64,000 nt of DNA, from positions 86,754 to 150,753 of the forward strand of contig JBEKJC010000006.1 in NCBI GenBank assembly GCA_050011435.1, read 5' to 3'. The notes under the pieces are model-generated. The model was not told where the DNA came from, ran no database searches, and saw nothing but the letters and a program-made list of their open reading frames with translations. A program made the position numbers and the translations under genes. The DNA comes from Candidatus Binataceae bacterium. Lineage in GTDB: Bacteria > Desulfobacterota > Binatia > Binatales > Binataceae. Shown here in pieces: positions 29,962-38,535 of this stretch. The number at the start of each line of letters is the position of its first letter. Position 1 is the stretch's first letter.

Positions 29962-30573
29962 ATGGCGTCAAAGATCAAGAAATCAACCAAGCCCGCAGGC
30001 AAGTCGACGGCCGTGAAGGCCACGGCAGCGAAGCCGGCGGCGGTCGCTAAGCAGAAGCCAGCGGCAGCCGCGCCAAAGAAGCCGGCGGCAGGCAAAGGCG
30101 CCCGCGTCGAGTTAACCGGTATGAAGGCGCCGGCCTTCACCTTGCCCGATCAGGACGGCAATCCGGTAACGCTGGCGTCGTTGACGGCGCGCGGTAACGT
30201 GGTGCTGTACTTTTATCCGAAGGACATGACGCCCGGATGTACGGTCGAGGCGTGCAGCTTTCGCGATAATCTGGGCGAGCTGCGCGCGCTGGGGGCGCAG
30301 GTCGTCGGGGTCAGCGCGGACTCGGGCGGATCGCATCAGAAGTTCATCGCGAAGCAATCACTTAACTTCCCGCTGCTGAGCGACCCTGGCAACGTCGTCA
30401 CCAAGGCCTACGGCGTGTACAAGATGAAGTCGCTGTATGGGCGCGAGTTCATGGGTATCGAGCGCACCACGTTCATCATCGGGCGTGACGGCGTGGTCAA
30501 GCGGATCTTCGCCAAGGTGAAGGTCAACGGGCACACGGACGAGGTTCTCGCGGCGCTCAAGCAGTTGGGCTAG
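29962..30573 (+). CDS. bcp: Thiol peroxidase Bcp (peroxiredoxin) with 50-aa Lys/Ala/Pro-rich N-terminal tail
   Basis: FTLPDQDGNPVTL...YFYPKDMTPGCTVEAC peroxidatic Cys motif over the C-terminal 150 aa. The N-terminus is KKSTKPAGKSTAVKATAAKPAAVAKQKPAAAAPKKPAAGKG. Confidence 0.85.
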   Translation: MASKIKKSTKPAGKSTAVKATAAKPAAVAKQKPAAAAPKKPAAGKGARVELTGMKAPAFTLPDQDGNPVTLASLTARGNVVLYFYPKDMTPGCTVEACSFRDNLGELRALGAQVVGVSADSGGSHQKFIAKQSLNFPLLSDPGNVVTKAYGVYKMKSLYGREFMGIERTTFIIGRDGVVKRIFAKVKVNGHTDEVLAALKQLG

Positions 30574-30645
30574 GAGCGGGCATTGCTCGCGCTTTAATTT
30601 TGCGGACGCGCAGAAAGCAGAATTGCAGATCGAGCGGTCGGCCGT

Positions 30646-31614
30646 TCAAGGCGTGACGCTGGGCGGCCCGAGCAGGTTATCGCGCAGAAAATTGCGCAGC
30701 GGTAAATCCACTCCGCGGCCGAGTTCATGCGCGCCCTTGGGGAAATAATGGGCTTCGACATGGGCGCCGCGTTCCGCCAGCGCCTGTTCGAGTTGCTCGG
30801 CCTGCACAATTGGCATCTTGCGGTCGCGGGCGCCATGCAGAATCAGCACGCTGCACTCGAGATGAGCCGGCAGATGTTCGATTACGCTGCGCTCGCGCAG
30901 CACCCGCTTGGACGGCCAGACCTGACGCAGAATCGAGAGCTTGGTGCCGAGTGGGGCTTCCGGCCACAGCTTGAGCATATCGTAAGCGCCGGACTGCAGA
31001 ATCACCGCCCGCAGACGCTTGTCGGAGTCCATCAGAAGGCCCGCCGCGACCGCGCCGTCAGCAAGGCCCCAGACCGCCAGGCGCGCCGGATCGACGTCGG
31101 CGCGCGCCGCCAGCAGGTCGAGCGCATGCCGCGCCGCGGCCACCGATTGTTCACCGACGAAGCGACTCGGCCCCGAAGATTTGCCGTAGCCGGGGAGGCT
31201 GATGCATGCCACCTGCATGCCCATCGAGACGAAATGGCCGGTGTTGTCGATACATTCGCGGGCGTTGCCGCGGTCGCCGTTGAGCACCAGGACTGCGGGC
31301 AGCGACCCAGCTCCCTTGGCAAGGGCGATGAAGCCTTCGATTTGATATTGATCGGCGCCCGACGATATCTGAAAGTTGAAGGGAACGGATTCGACCTTGA
31401 CGGCAACGGCGGGCGCGGATTTAGGCGGCGCCGCCGGGGATGGCGCAACCGGGGCCGATGCAGGATTGCTCCGACACGCGCCGAAAAACAGCAGCGTTAC
31501 GAGCGCCAACGCCAGCCTCAGATATTGCGCTGCCCCGCCGGCCCCGTCGAAAACGATCGGCGACCGTCTGCGACCTGCCAACGCCATACGCCGCAGCGCC
31601 TGCGGGGAATCCAT
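30646..31614 (-). CDS. Lipoprotein alpha/beta hydrolase (dienelactone hydrolase/S9-like fold)
   Basis: Signal/lipobox LLFFGAC, then an alpha/beta-hydrolase core. The nucleophile elbow reads GLADG rather than GxSxG. Confidence 0.65.
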   Translation of the reverse strand: MDSPQALRRMALAGRRRSPIVFDGAGGAAQYLRLALALVTLLFFGACRSNPASAPVAPSPAAPPKSAPAVAVKVESVPFNFQISSGADQYQIEGFIALAKGAGSLPAVLVLNGDRGNARECIDNTGHFVSMGMQVACISLPGYGKSSGPSRFVGEQSVAAARHALDLLAARADVDPARLAVWGLADGAVAAGLLMDSDKRLRAVILQSGAYDMLKLWPEAPLGTKLSILRQVWPSKRVLRERSVIEHLPAHLECSVLILHGARDRKMPIVQAEQLEQALAERGAHVEAHYFPKGAHELGRGVDLPLRNFLRDNLLGPPSVTP

Positions 31615-31727
31615 ACGCGAGTTAATCTATCTTCGATTGACGGGATTTGAAACGGCTGCGCCAAGTGGGCACGGTTTCGTAGGCGGAACCGCAACGCGGC
31701 TGCGCCGGCGCGTGTGCAGCAAACCCG

Positions 31728-31895
31728 CTAGCGGAGGTGCGCAGCGTGACCGAGACCGCCGCTGACCAGAAATACGATCAGGAAGATCGCGAGCACCCAC
31801 ATCAGCAAGCTGCCGCGGTCGCGATAGCCATGATGATAGGTGCGATAACCGCCGCCGCCAAAGAGCAGAATCAAGAGGATGATAAGTATGAGCAT
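31728..31895 (-). CDS. Small hydrophobic membrane protein (DUF3309-like), 55 aa
   Basis: Not in the ORF track (<60 aa). MLILIILLILLFGGGGYRTYHHGYRDRGSLLMWVLAIFLIVFLVSGGLGHAAHLR. AGGAG SD 8 nt upstream. Two TM helices. Confidence 0.5.
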   Translation of the reverse strand: MLILIILLILLFGGGGYRTYHHGYRDRGSLLMWVLAIFLIVFLVSGGLGHAAHLR

Positions 31896-32311
31896 AAGGC
31901 TGACTCCTGCCGCCCCGGATCAAACGACCCCAGCGGCAAGCTGTGATGCGGTGGCAACTGAGGGGGGACTCCGACGGGACCGCGCGTTCGACCCGTCTGA
32001 ATGATGCGCCCTTCGGTGCTGCAAAACGCGCGACCTTGGGCACTAAGTTCCTCACCCTAGGCTTTGTTTCAAGACCGGCGCAATTGCCGATCGGTTACTC
32101 CAGGAACAGGATGTGGGAAAGGTGCAATAAGCGGCTGCTGATTCTGTTCTTTTGGGAACAATAGACACCGCAAACCTCGTCGATATGGAAGACGTATCGA
32201 CTCAAAGGGGGCATCGGAATTAACTCGCGCGTAGCGATCGGTGGCGTTGAATCGGTCCCTAAATTCACCGATACTTACGGATTCTAATCGGACGAAAGGC
32301 CGGCGGGTAAC

Positions 32312-32734
32312 ATGGACACTGTAGCGGCAACGCAAATCGACTTCGAAAAGGGCGGCGGCGTGATTCCGGTCGTCACCCAGGACTATCTCAGCGGGAAACT
32401 GCTGATGGTCGCATATATGAACCGCGAGGCTTTCGAAGAAACTGTTGCCAGCGGACACGCCTGCTACTTCTCGCGCTCGCGCAACCGGCTGTGGCGCAAG
32501 GGCGAGGAGTCGGGCAATTTTCAGTCGGTGCGCGAAATCCGCATCGACTGCGACGCCGACACAATCCTGCTGCGGGTCGAGCAGCATGGCGATGGCGCCG
32601 CCTGCCACGAAGGCTACGAATCGTGTTTTTTCCGCGTGCTCGACGGCGGCGGTTGGCGCGTAACCGACGAGCGCAAGGTGGATCCCGCCAAGTACGGCTC
32701 AAACTACGGCCATCACAACAAGCCCGCCACCTGA
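32312..32734 (+). CDS. hisI: Phosphoribosyl-AMP cyclohydrolase (monofunctional HisI)
   Basis: PRA-CH motifs ([43 protein letters not shown]). Confidence 0.85.
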   Translation: MDTVAATQIDFEKGGGVIPVVTQDYLSGKLLMVAYMNREAFEETVASGHACYFSRSRNRLWRKGEESGNFQSVREIRIDCDADTILLRVEQHGDGAACHEGYESCFFRVLDGGGWRVTDERKVDPAKYGSNYGHHNKPAT

Positions 32735-32794
32735 CGGCCTGAAGAGGGCTCAATAAGATGACGAGATCGCTCTGCGACAGATCGGAAACAGAAT

Positions 32795-32875
32795 GCGGGT
32801 GAGGATCGAGCGGTCGAGCAACGCGAACGTCAATCACTGAAAAAAAAGCGATCGAGCAGCGCAAGCGTCAAAAAT
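32795..32875. repeat. Intergenic repeat element, copy 4 (two box modules, between hisI and hisG)
   Basis: GTCGAGCAACGCGAACGTCAATCACTGAAAAAAAA and ATCGAGCAGCGCAAGCGTCAAAAAT immediately abutting the hisG ATG. Confidence 0.75.
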
Positions 32876-33778
32876 ATGGCGACCAACGGCAACGCACTGA
32901 AATTCGGCATTCCCAAGGGCAGTCTCGAAAACCAGACGATCGAGCTGATGCGCAAGGCGGGTTGGCGGATCGCGGTCGGCGACCGCTCATATATCCCGCG
33001 TTCCGACGATCCCACGTTGAGCTGCCGGCTGCTGCGCCCGCAGGAGATGCCGCGTTATATCGCCGACGGCACGCTCGACGCGGGGATCACGGGCAGCGAC
33101 TGGATCGTCGAGAATGGAGTAGATCTGGTAGAGATCGAGAGCTTCATCTACTCGAAAGTCTCGCTGCAGCCGACGCGCTGGGTGTTGTGCGTGCCGGATC
33201 GATCTGCGGTGCGCAAGCTCGAGGACCTCGAGGGCAAACGGGTCGCGACCGAGATGGTCGCCTTTACGCGGCGGATCTTCGCCGAGCGGAAAGTCAAAGT
33301 AGATGTTGAGTTTTCGTGGGGCGTCACCGAGGCCAAAGCCGCCGATGGGCTGGTGGACGCGGTGGTCGAGGTCACTGAAACGGGATCATCGCTGCGCGCC
33401 AATGGCCTGCGAATCGTTGAGGAGTTGCTGACCTCGTCACCGGTGCTGGTGGCCAACCACGCGGCCTGGTCCGACGGCTGGAAGCGCGAGAAGATCCGCC
33501 AGATTGGCGTCCTGATGAAGGGCGCGCTCGACGCCGAGAGCCGCGTCGGGATCAAGATGAACGTCTCCCGCGAACATCTGGAAGCGGTCATCGGATTGCT
33601 GCCGTCGATCACCGCGCCGACCATATCGCAGCTTTACCCGAGCCCCAATCTGAAGGGCAAGGAATGGCTCGCGGTCGAGACCGTCATCAGCGAGCACACC
33701 GTGCGCGAGTTGTTTCCGAAGCTGATTGAGGCAGGCGCGGTGGGGATTATCGAGTTCGCCCTCAACAAGATTCTGTAA
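32876..33778 (+). CDS. hisG: ATP phosphoribosyltransferase (long form with C-terminal regulatory domain)
   Basis: LKFGIPKGSL N-terminus, the PRPP-binding region, and a C-terminal HisG_C regulatory domain. Confidence 0.9.
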   Translation: MATNGNALKFGIPKGSLENQTIELMRKAGWRIAVGDRSYIPRSDDPTLSCRLLRPQEMPRYIADGTLDAGITGSDWIVENGVDLVEIESFIYSKVSLQPTRWVLCVPDRSAVRKLEDLEGKRVATEMVAFTRRIFAERKVKVDVEFSWGVTEAKAADGLVDAVVEVTETGSSLRANGLRIVEELLTSSPVLVANHAAWSDGWKREKIRQIGVLMKGALDAESRVGIKMNVSREHLEAVIGLLPSITAPTISQLYPSPNLKGKEWLAVETVISEHTVRELFPKLIEAGAVGIIEFALNKIL

Positions 33779-33822
33779 CCGCATTTGCGATAGATACGCC
33801 GCTATCGCCGCAATTCCCGCGA

Positions 33823-33918
33823 TCCCGCACGACTTGGCTATCCACCCGAGCAACGCGAGCAGTCCGAAAAGTCAGGTCAAGACTGTTGGGCTGCTCGTCC
33901 GGCATTGAAACAAGCGGC
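33823..33918. repeat. Intergenic repeat element, copy 5
   Basis: CCCGCACGACTTGGCTATCCACCCGAGCAACGCGAGCAGTCCGAAAAGTCAGGTCAAGACTGTTGGGCTGCTCGTCCGGCATTGAAACAAGCGG. Inverted copy at 6355-6410. Confidence 0.8.
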
Positions 33919-34288
33919 GTCGCGCACTTGGCGGACGCCGCTCGGTTGCGAGGTCGTTGTTTGGAACTCAAAGCCCAGGGCCGCAGGTGCCGAGGGAGTC
34001 AGGCGTTCCCTGTGTTATCCGTCCGCCGGTGAGGGAGATCACCCCGGCAGCCATGCGGTCTGCGGTCGCATGGCCTGTCGCAGGCGGGTTTGTATGGGGA
34101 CCCGCCGGCGATGGTGCGGCGCGGCATTGGCTCTCCGCGGCCCCGGGCAACTCTAACCGCGCGCCGGCTGAATTCGAGCTTGATGCGCTTGGGTCTTGCG
34201 AAAATGGCCGTGAGCGCGAATCGATTCAGGCGGCCAGGCGCCGTATTGGCGAGCGCTTGCGACGCTCGCCAATACGGGTTACTGACAC

Positions 34289-36063
34289 TTAGAGCAGGTT
34301 AAAGTTGTACTGGAACTGCGCGAGCAGCATGCTCTGACCCTTCAAGATACCACCGCCTGCGGCATAGTTCATGTCGCCGCCGAGGATTTCGATCGCCTGC
34401 AGCTTCAAGAAATACTGCTTGGTCCACGGCGGATTCAGCACTACTGACGGGAACAGCAGGAAGGTTTTCCCTTTGGGACTGTAAACCATCGTCCACGCCG
34501 GCTGGATATCGTTCCACAGCCACGAGGTACCAATGTTTAGCAGCGTGCTGACGTTGTTCTTGATGGTCGCTTCGGATTCCAGCGCACCGCCGGTCCATGG
34601 CCCAGCGGTCGCCTGGCAGGAATTGCCACAATCCAAGGCGATGTTGTCGTAGACCTCGACATTAGCCGACAGATTGCCCGTGGCCGTGAGCCACGGTGCA
34701 TAGGCCTGGTCGACATCCAAGGCGAGCATCCAGTTGATCGTATCGGTATACTGGACACCATCCGGGTTGCTAATGTAATTCCAAGTGGCGGTCGCCTGAT
34801 GGTTGGTATAGACGCCTTCGGCGCGACCGACCAGCGGCAGATATTCCCCGATCGCTGCGGGCACGGGCAGCGGCATGTCAGCCGTCACCCCGAACATATT
34901 CTCGGGGACGAACTTGTTCATGAAATTCAGCGTGTACTGCTGCCAGAAGCTGTTCGGATAGAGGTTCCAGGCGTTGTAGTAGAAGGCAGTCGCCTCCAGC
35001 GGACCGACCAGCGTGTGGAAGCGAAGACCCTCGTTCCAGTTCGCCACCGTCGAGGCAGGAATCTTCCACTGGGGTTCACCCGCACTGAAGCCGGGTCCGC
35101 CGCTACAAGGTTTCTGCAGTTTCACCGGCACCGGGTTGAACGGCTGAGAAGCCGAACCGAGGTTGGTGCAATAGAAGAACGCGTTGGAGTACGGCTGGTT
35201 GAAGAAGGCGCTCCTCTGTTGCGGATAGCCTTGCGGCGTATATATCGAACCAGGCCCGGTTGCCCCCGATATTGCGGTCACGCCCGGAACATATTTCGTG
35301 TCGAAGTGCGCGCCGAAGCGGCCGGTCGGGAGGAAGCCGATGCCCGCCGGGAAACCGTTGTTCACGCTACCGCCGTTGACGTTGCACTCGCCGTCATACC
35401 GATGGTCCGCGTAGTCGCAGCTATTCCACATCGGCTGCAGGCGCGGCAGCAGAATGCCCTCGACAAAGTTCGAATTGAACGGTCCAAATTCCGGCAGGTT
35501 CAGGATCGGATGGATCATCCACTGCGGAATGCGCGACTGCTCGAGGTTGGCGAAGCCGAAGGCCCAGGTCGTGTCCTGCGGATTGACCACGTCGCCCACG
35601 CGAAACGCCAGCGACTGGCCCCACACCACGATCTGGTTGCCTCAAACGCATACGGCGGCTCGTAAACGAACCACTCGCGCATGAACAGGTTGTTGTTCTC
35701 GTTGAGCCGCAGGTTCTCGTCCACCTGCAGCCACGTGCGCGACGTCGCCAGGCTGTTGCGGCTGGTAGTGAACGACCGCAGACCCTCCGGGTTCTGCCAC
35801 ATGGCGAAGGTCTGGCTGAGAAAACCCGAGACGTGGAATCCGCTCAACCAACTGTTCTCTGCGGACGTACCGCCCGCCGGCGTCTGCGGCAATACCGATG
35901 CCGCCGCCCCGGTTACGTTGAGAGTGTTACCTGGAGTTGCCGAAAGGTCTGCGGCGAACGCGCGCACACCGGTTGAAATGACCAAAGCCAGAGCCACCAT
36001 TGCGGCAGCCATGACGCCCCCTCCGCCTCGGGATATCCCGACGGTCGGAACACTTGTCCCCAT
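34289..36063 (-). pseudogene. Outer-membrane beta-barrel protein gene (DUF1302-like) interrupted by a single-nt frameshift near 35638-35643
   Basis: ORF 35515..36114 has a signal peptide (MAAAMVALALVISTGVRAFA) and an aromatic/Asn-rich OMP N-terminal part, then R/S/P gibberish. ORF 34289..35629 continues the Gly/Asn/aromatic-rich barrel in the -1 frame. Restoring one G in the GAGG|CAACC run gives continuous ...PYAFEGNQIVVWGQ.... Confidence 0.6.
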
Positions 36064-36540
36064 TAGTCTCCTCCTCTGAGCAAATAAGTCGCTCGTGTCA
36101 TCCCCCGACGACACGCCGAATGCCCTGCGAATAAACGACTCGCCCTGGCGTTTTACCCCCGCAACCAGTCGAGCCTTGCGCCGCGCCCCTGGGGCCGGCG
36201 CCCTCCCCGCTTCATGTTTCGAAACGGGACGGTACTACGCGATTCAGAGAAACTACGAGTTGGTTCTTATAAAAACCGGCGAGACTTTACAATAGGTGCG
36301 CAACTAATTTTTAAAAATTAGTTTTCTCTGCAAATTTGACCGCCTGGGCCCGCCACAGCATGAATGCGGGAGATGAAACAGAGACTCCCCGCGAACTCTA
36401 CGGAAAGCGCATCCGGACGATCCGGCAAATTCTTATTGCCGCCCGGTTACTACTGCGTGAATTTAAATCCTACCTGTCATTAAGCGCGAAATGCTCGTGC
36501 GGGAACTGAACCAGGCCGATCGAATTGGTAAAGTGCACAT

Positions 36541-36580
36541 AAAAAATGGCCTCCTCAATAAGCTGAGGAGGCCGTTTTCA
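36541..36580 (-). terminator. Rho-independent terminator downstream of the enoyl-CoA hydratase gene (bidirectional-capable)
   Basis: Perfect GC-rich hairpin GGCCTCCTCA-ataa-GCTGAGGAGGCC flanked by an A6 tract on the + strand (U6 on the - strand transcript) and TTTT on +. It begins 17 nt after the stop at 36598. Confidence 0.8.
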
Positions 36581-36597
36581 AGGTCACCGAAGTTGGG

Positions 36598-37377
36598 TTA
36601 TTCATTGCGCCAGTTGGGCTTGCGCTTTTCGGCGAAGGCGCGCGGACCCTCGATCAGGTCCTTGGACTGGAACAACTTTTTGGTCGCGGGGAAGTTGGTT
36701 TTGCAGGCTTCCTCGAGCGACAGATGGAGACCCGCGTAGGCGGCTTCCTTGCTCGCCTGCACCGAGAGCGGCGAACATTCCATGATTTCCGCGGCCCATT
36801 TCTCGGCAATCGCGCGCAGATCCTTGAGCGCGACGACCTCGTTGGCGAGGCCCCATCGATGGGCTTCGGCAGCCGTGATGTGACGTCCTGTCAGCATCAT
36901 CCCCATCGCGATTTTGAGCGGGATGTGGCGCGGCATGCGATGGACGCCGCCGGCGCCCGCCATCAGGCCGACGCGGGGCTCGGGTAGTCCGAAGCGCGCA
37001 TGATCCGCCGCGATGATGATGTCGCAGGCGAGCGCGATTTCGCATCCGCCGCCCAGCGCGAAGCCGTTGACCGCGGCGATGATCGGCTTGTTGATATCGA
37101 ATCGCGAGGTGATGCCGGCGAAGCCACCCTTGCTGCGTGCAAACGGCTCCCCGGCATGAGCGGCGGTGTATTTCAAATCGTTACCGGCGGAAAAAGCCTT
37201 GTCGCCCGCGCCGGTGACGATCGCCACCCAGAGATTGCGGTCGGCAACGAAATCATCCCACACGCTGTCCATTTCGAGATGGCAGGGCGGGTGCATCGCG
37301 TTCATCACCTCGGGGCGATTGAAGGTGATGTAGGCCAAATGATCCTTTTTCTCATACTGGATGTACTTCAGATCCAT
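36598..37377 (-). CDS. Enoyl-CoA hydratase/isomerase (crotonase family)
   Basis: Crotonase motifs (AIVTGAGDKAFSAGNDL, AAVNGFALGGGCEIALACD). AGGAGG SD upstream of the ATG at 37377. Confidence 0.85.
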   Translation of the reverse strand: MDLKYIQYEKKDHLAYITFNRPEVMNAMHPPCHLEMDSVWDDFVADRNLWVAIVTGAGDKAFSAGNDLKYTAAHAGEPFARSKGGFAGITSRFDINKPIIAAVNGFALGGGCEIALACDIIIAADHARFGLPEPRVGLMAGAGGVHRMPRHIPLKIAMGMMLTGRHITAAEAHRWGLANEVVALKDLRAIAEKWAAEIMECSPLSVQASKEAAYAGLHLSLEEACKTNFPATKKLFQSKDLIEGPRAFAEKRKPNWRNE

Positions 37378-37526
37378 CTTGTGCGGCGCCTCCTGGCGAA
37401 CGGTCCAAATGCTTGAAAGGCTTCGCACAAACGGCGCGTTTTCTCAACTGCGGCGCCGCGCCCAGGTCTATCGGGGTCTAGTCTTTCGGGGTCTAAATGA
37501 TGGGAAAGGGATCAGCAAGGCCGGGG

Positions 37527-37769
37527 TTAGCGCGCGGGCTCCTCGTCGAGGAGCTCGAAGAAGGCATCGATGCTTTGCATCAACTGGCGGCGAATTTGGG
37601 CGCGCGTGCCCTCGATCAGATGCATCGTGACGCGGCGCTGGGAGCCGTCGGCGAGGCGGACCTGAGCGTCATCGACGAGGGCGACCTCGGCCGGTTCGAA
37701 AATTCGCATCCCATAGATGAGCGCGCTGCGCTGTGCTGCGCCCTTGACCAGTTTGAGCTTGCGCGCCAT
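37527..37769 (-). CDS. Small (80 aa) hypothetical protein, possibly AbrB/MazE-like swapped-hairpin
   Basis: MARKLKLVKG... with a strong GGAGGAGG SD 8 nt upstream. Acidic C-terminus. No confident family assignment. Confidence 0.45.
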   Translation of the reverse strand: MARKLKLVKGAAQRSALIYGMRIFEPAEVALVDDAQVRLADGSQRRVTMHLIEGTRAQIRRQLMQSIDAFFELLDEEPAR

Positions 37770-37936
37770 CTGGGAACCTCCTCCACCCGCCGGGGGGGCG
37801 GCGAACTGCCGTATAGCATACATGGGTGCGGCGCCTGAGGCCTCGGGCGGCGATAGCTCGCGCCCGGCATTGCACGAACCGCTCGTAACCATGGGGCGAT
37901 TGACAAAGCGGCGGCGCGACAAAGACAATTCCCCGG

Positions 37937-38368
37937 ATGCGTGATCGGTTGATGCTTGTTGCTGCGATGGTCCTCACGAGTTGCCTGATGTCGCTCTGCG
38001 GATGCGGTCTGGCCTACCAGGCCGGGTCGCGGATCAAAACGAGCCACATGGAGGATACGCTCAAGCCCGGAGCAACCACCACGGAAATTCGTAGGGATTG
38101 GGGCGAGCCCGATCTGCGCAAGGATCTGGGCGCCAATTCGGCGATCTGGAGCTATGCGCGGCGCCCTAACAGCAACGACTTCGCCGCGACGATCTTCTAC
38201 ACGTCAACCAAGTCCGGCGACGAGAGCAAATTCCTGGATTTGAAGTTTACCGACGGCAAACTCGTCTCATGGTCGGAGTCCGAGCGCACAATGCCGGCGA
38301 AACAGGGAGCCGGCTTCAGCTACGGATTTGGGCCGGGCGGTGCGGTCTCGCCGGTCACGCGCTATTAG
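37937..38368 (+). CDS. BamE/SmpA-OmlA-like lipoprotein
   Basis: Lipobox LMSLCGC. KPGATTTEIRRDWGEPD...WSY...LKFTDGKLVSW matches the BamE fold pattern. Confidence 0.55.
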   Translation: MRDRLMLVAAMVLTSCLMSLCGCGLAYQAGSRIKTSHMEDTLKPGATTTEIRRDWGEPDLRKDLGANSAIWSYARRPNSNDFAATIFYTSTKSGDESKFLDLKFTDGKLVSWSESERTMPAKQGAGFSYGFGPGGAVSPVTRY

Positions 38369-38535
38369 GCTGGAGCGCCCGTGCGAGTGCACCCTTATTG
38401 CAACAGGCTCAGCGCATCATGTCTAATTGTGTAAAGATGATTTTCAGAGCCGCGCGAGATGTGCGCGGCGCAAGTAATGCCAGCTTCAGGCGGCGGGATC
38501 GGAGGCTCAAGGCGTAGGTTGGGAAAGGTGTTTTA

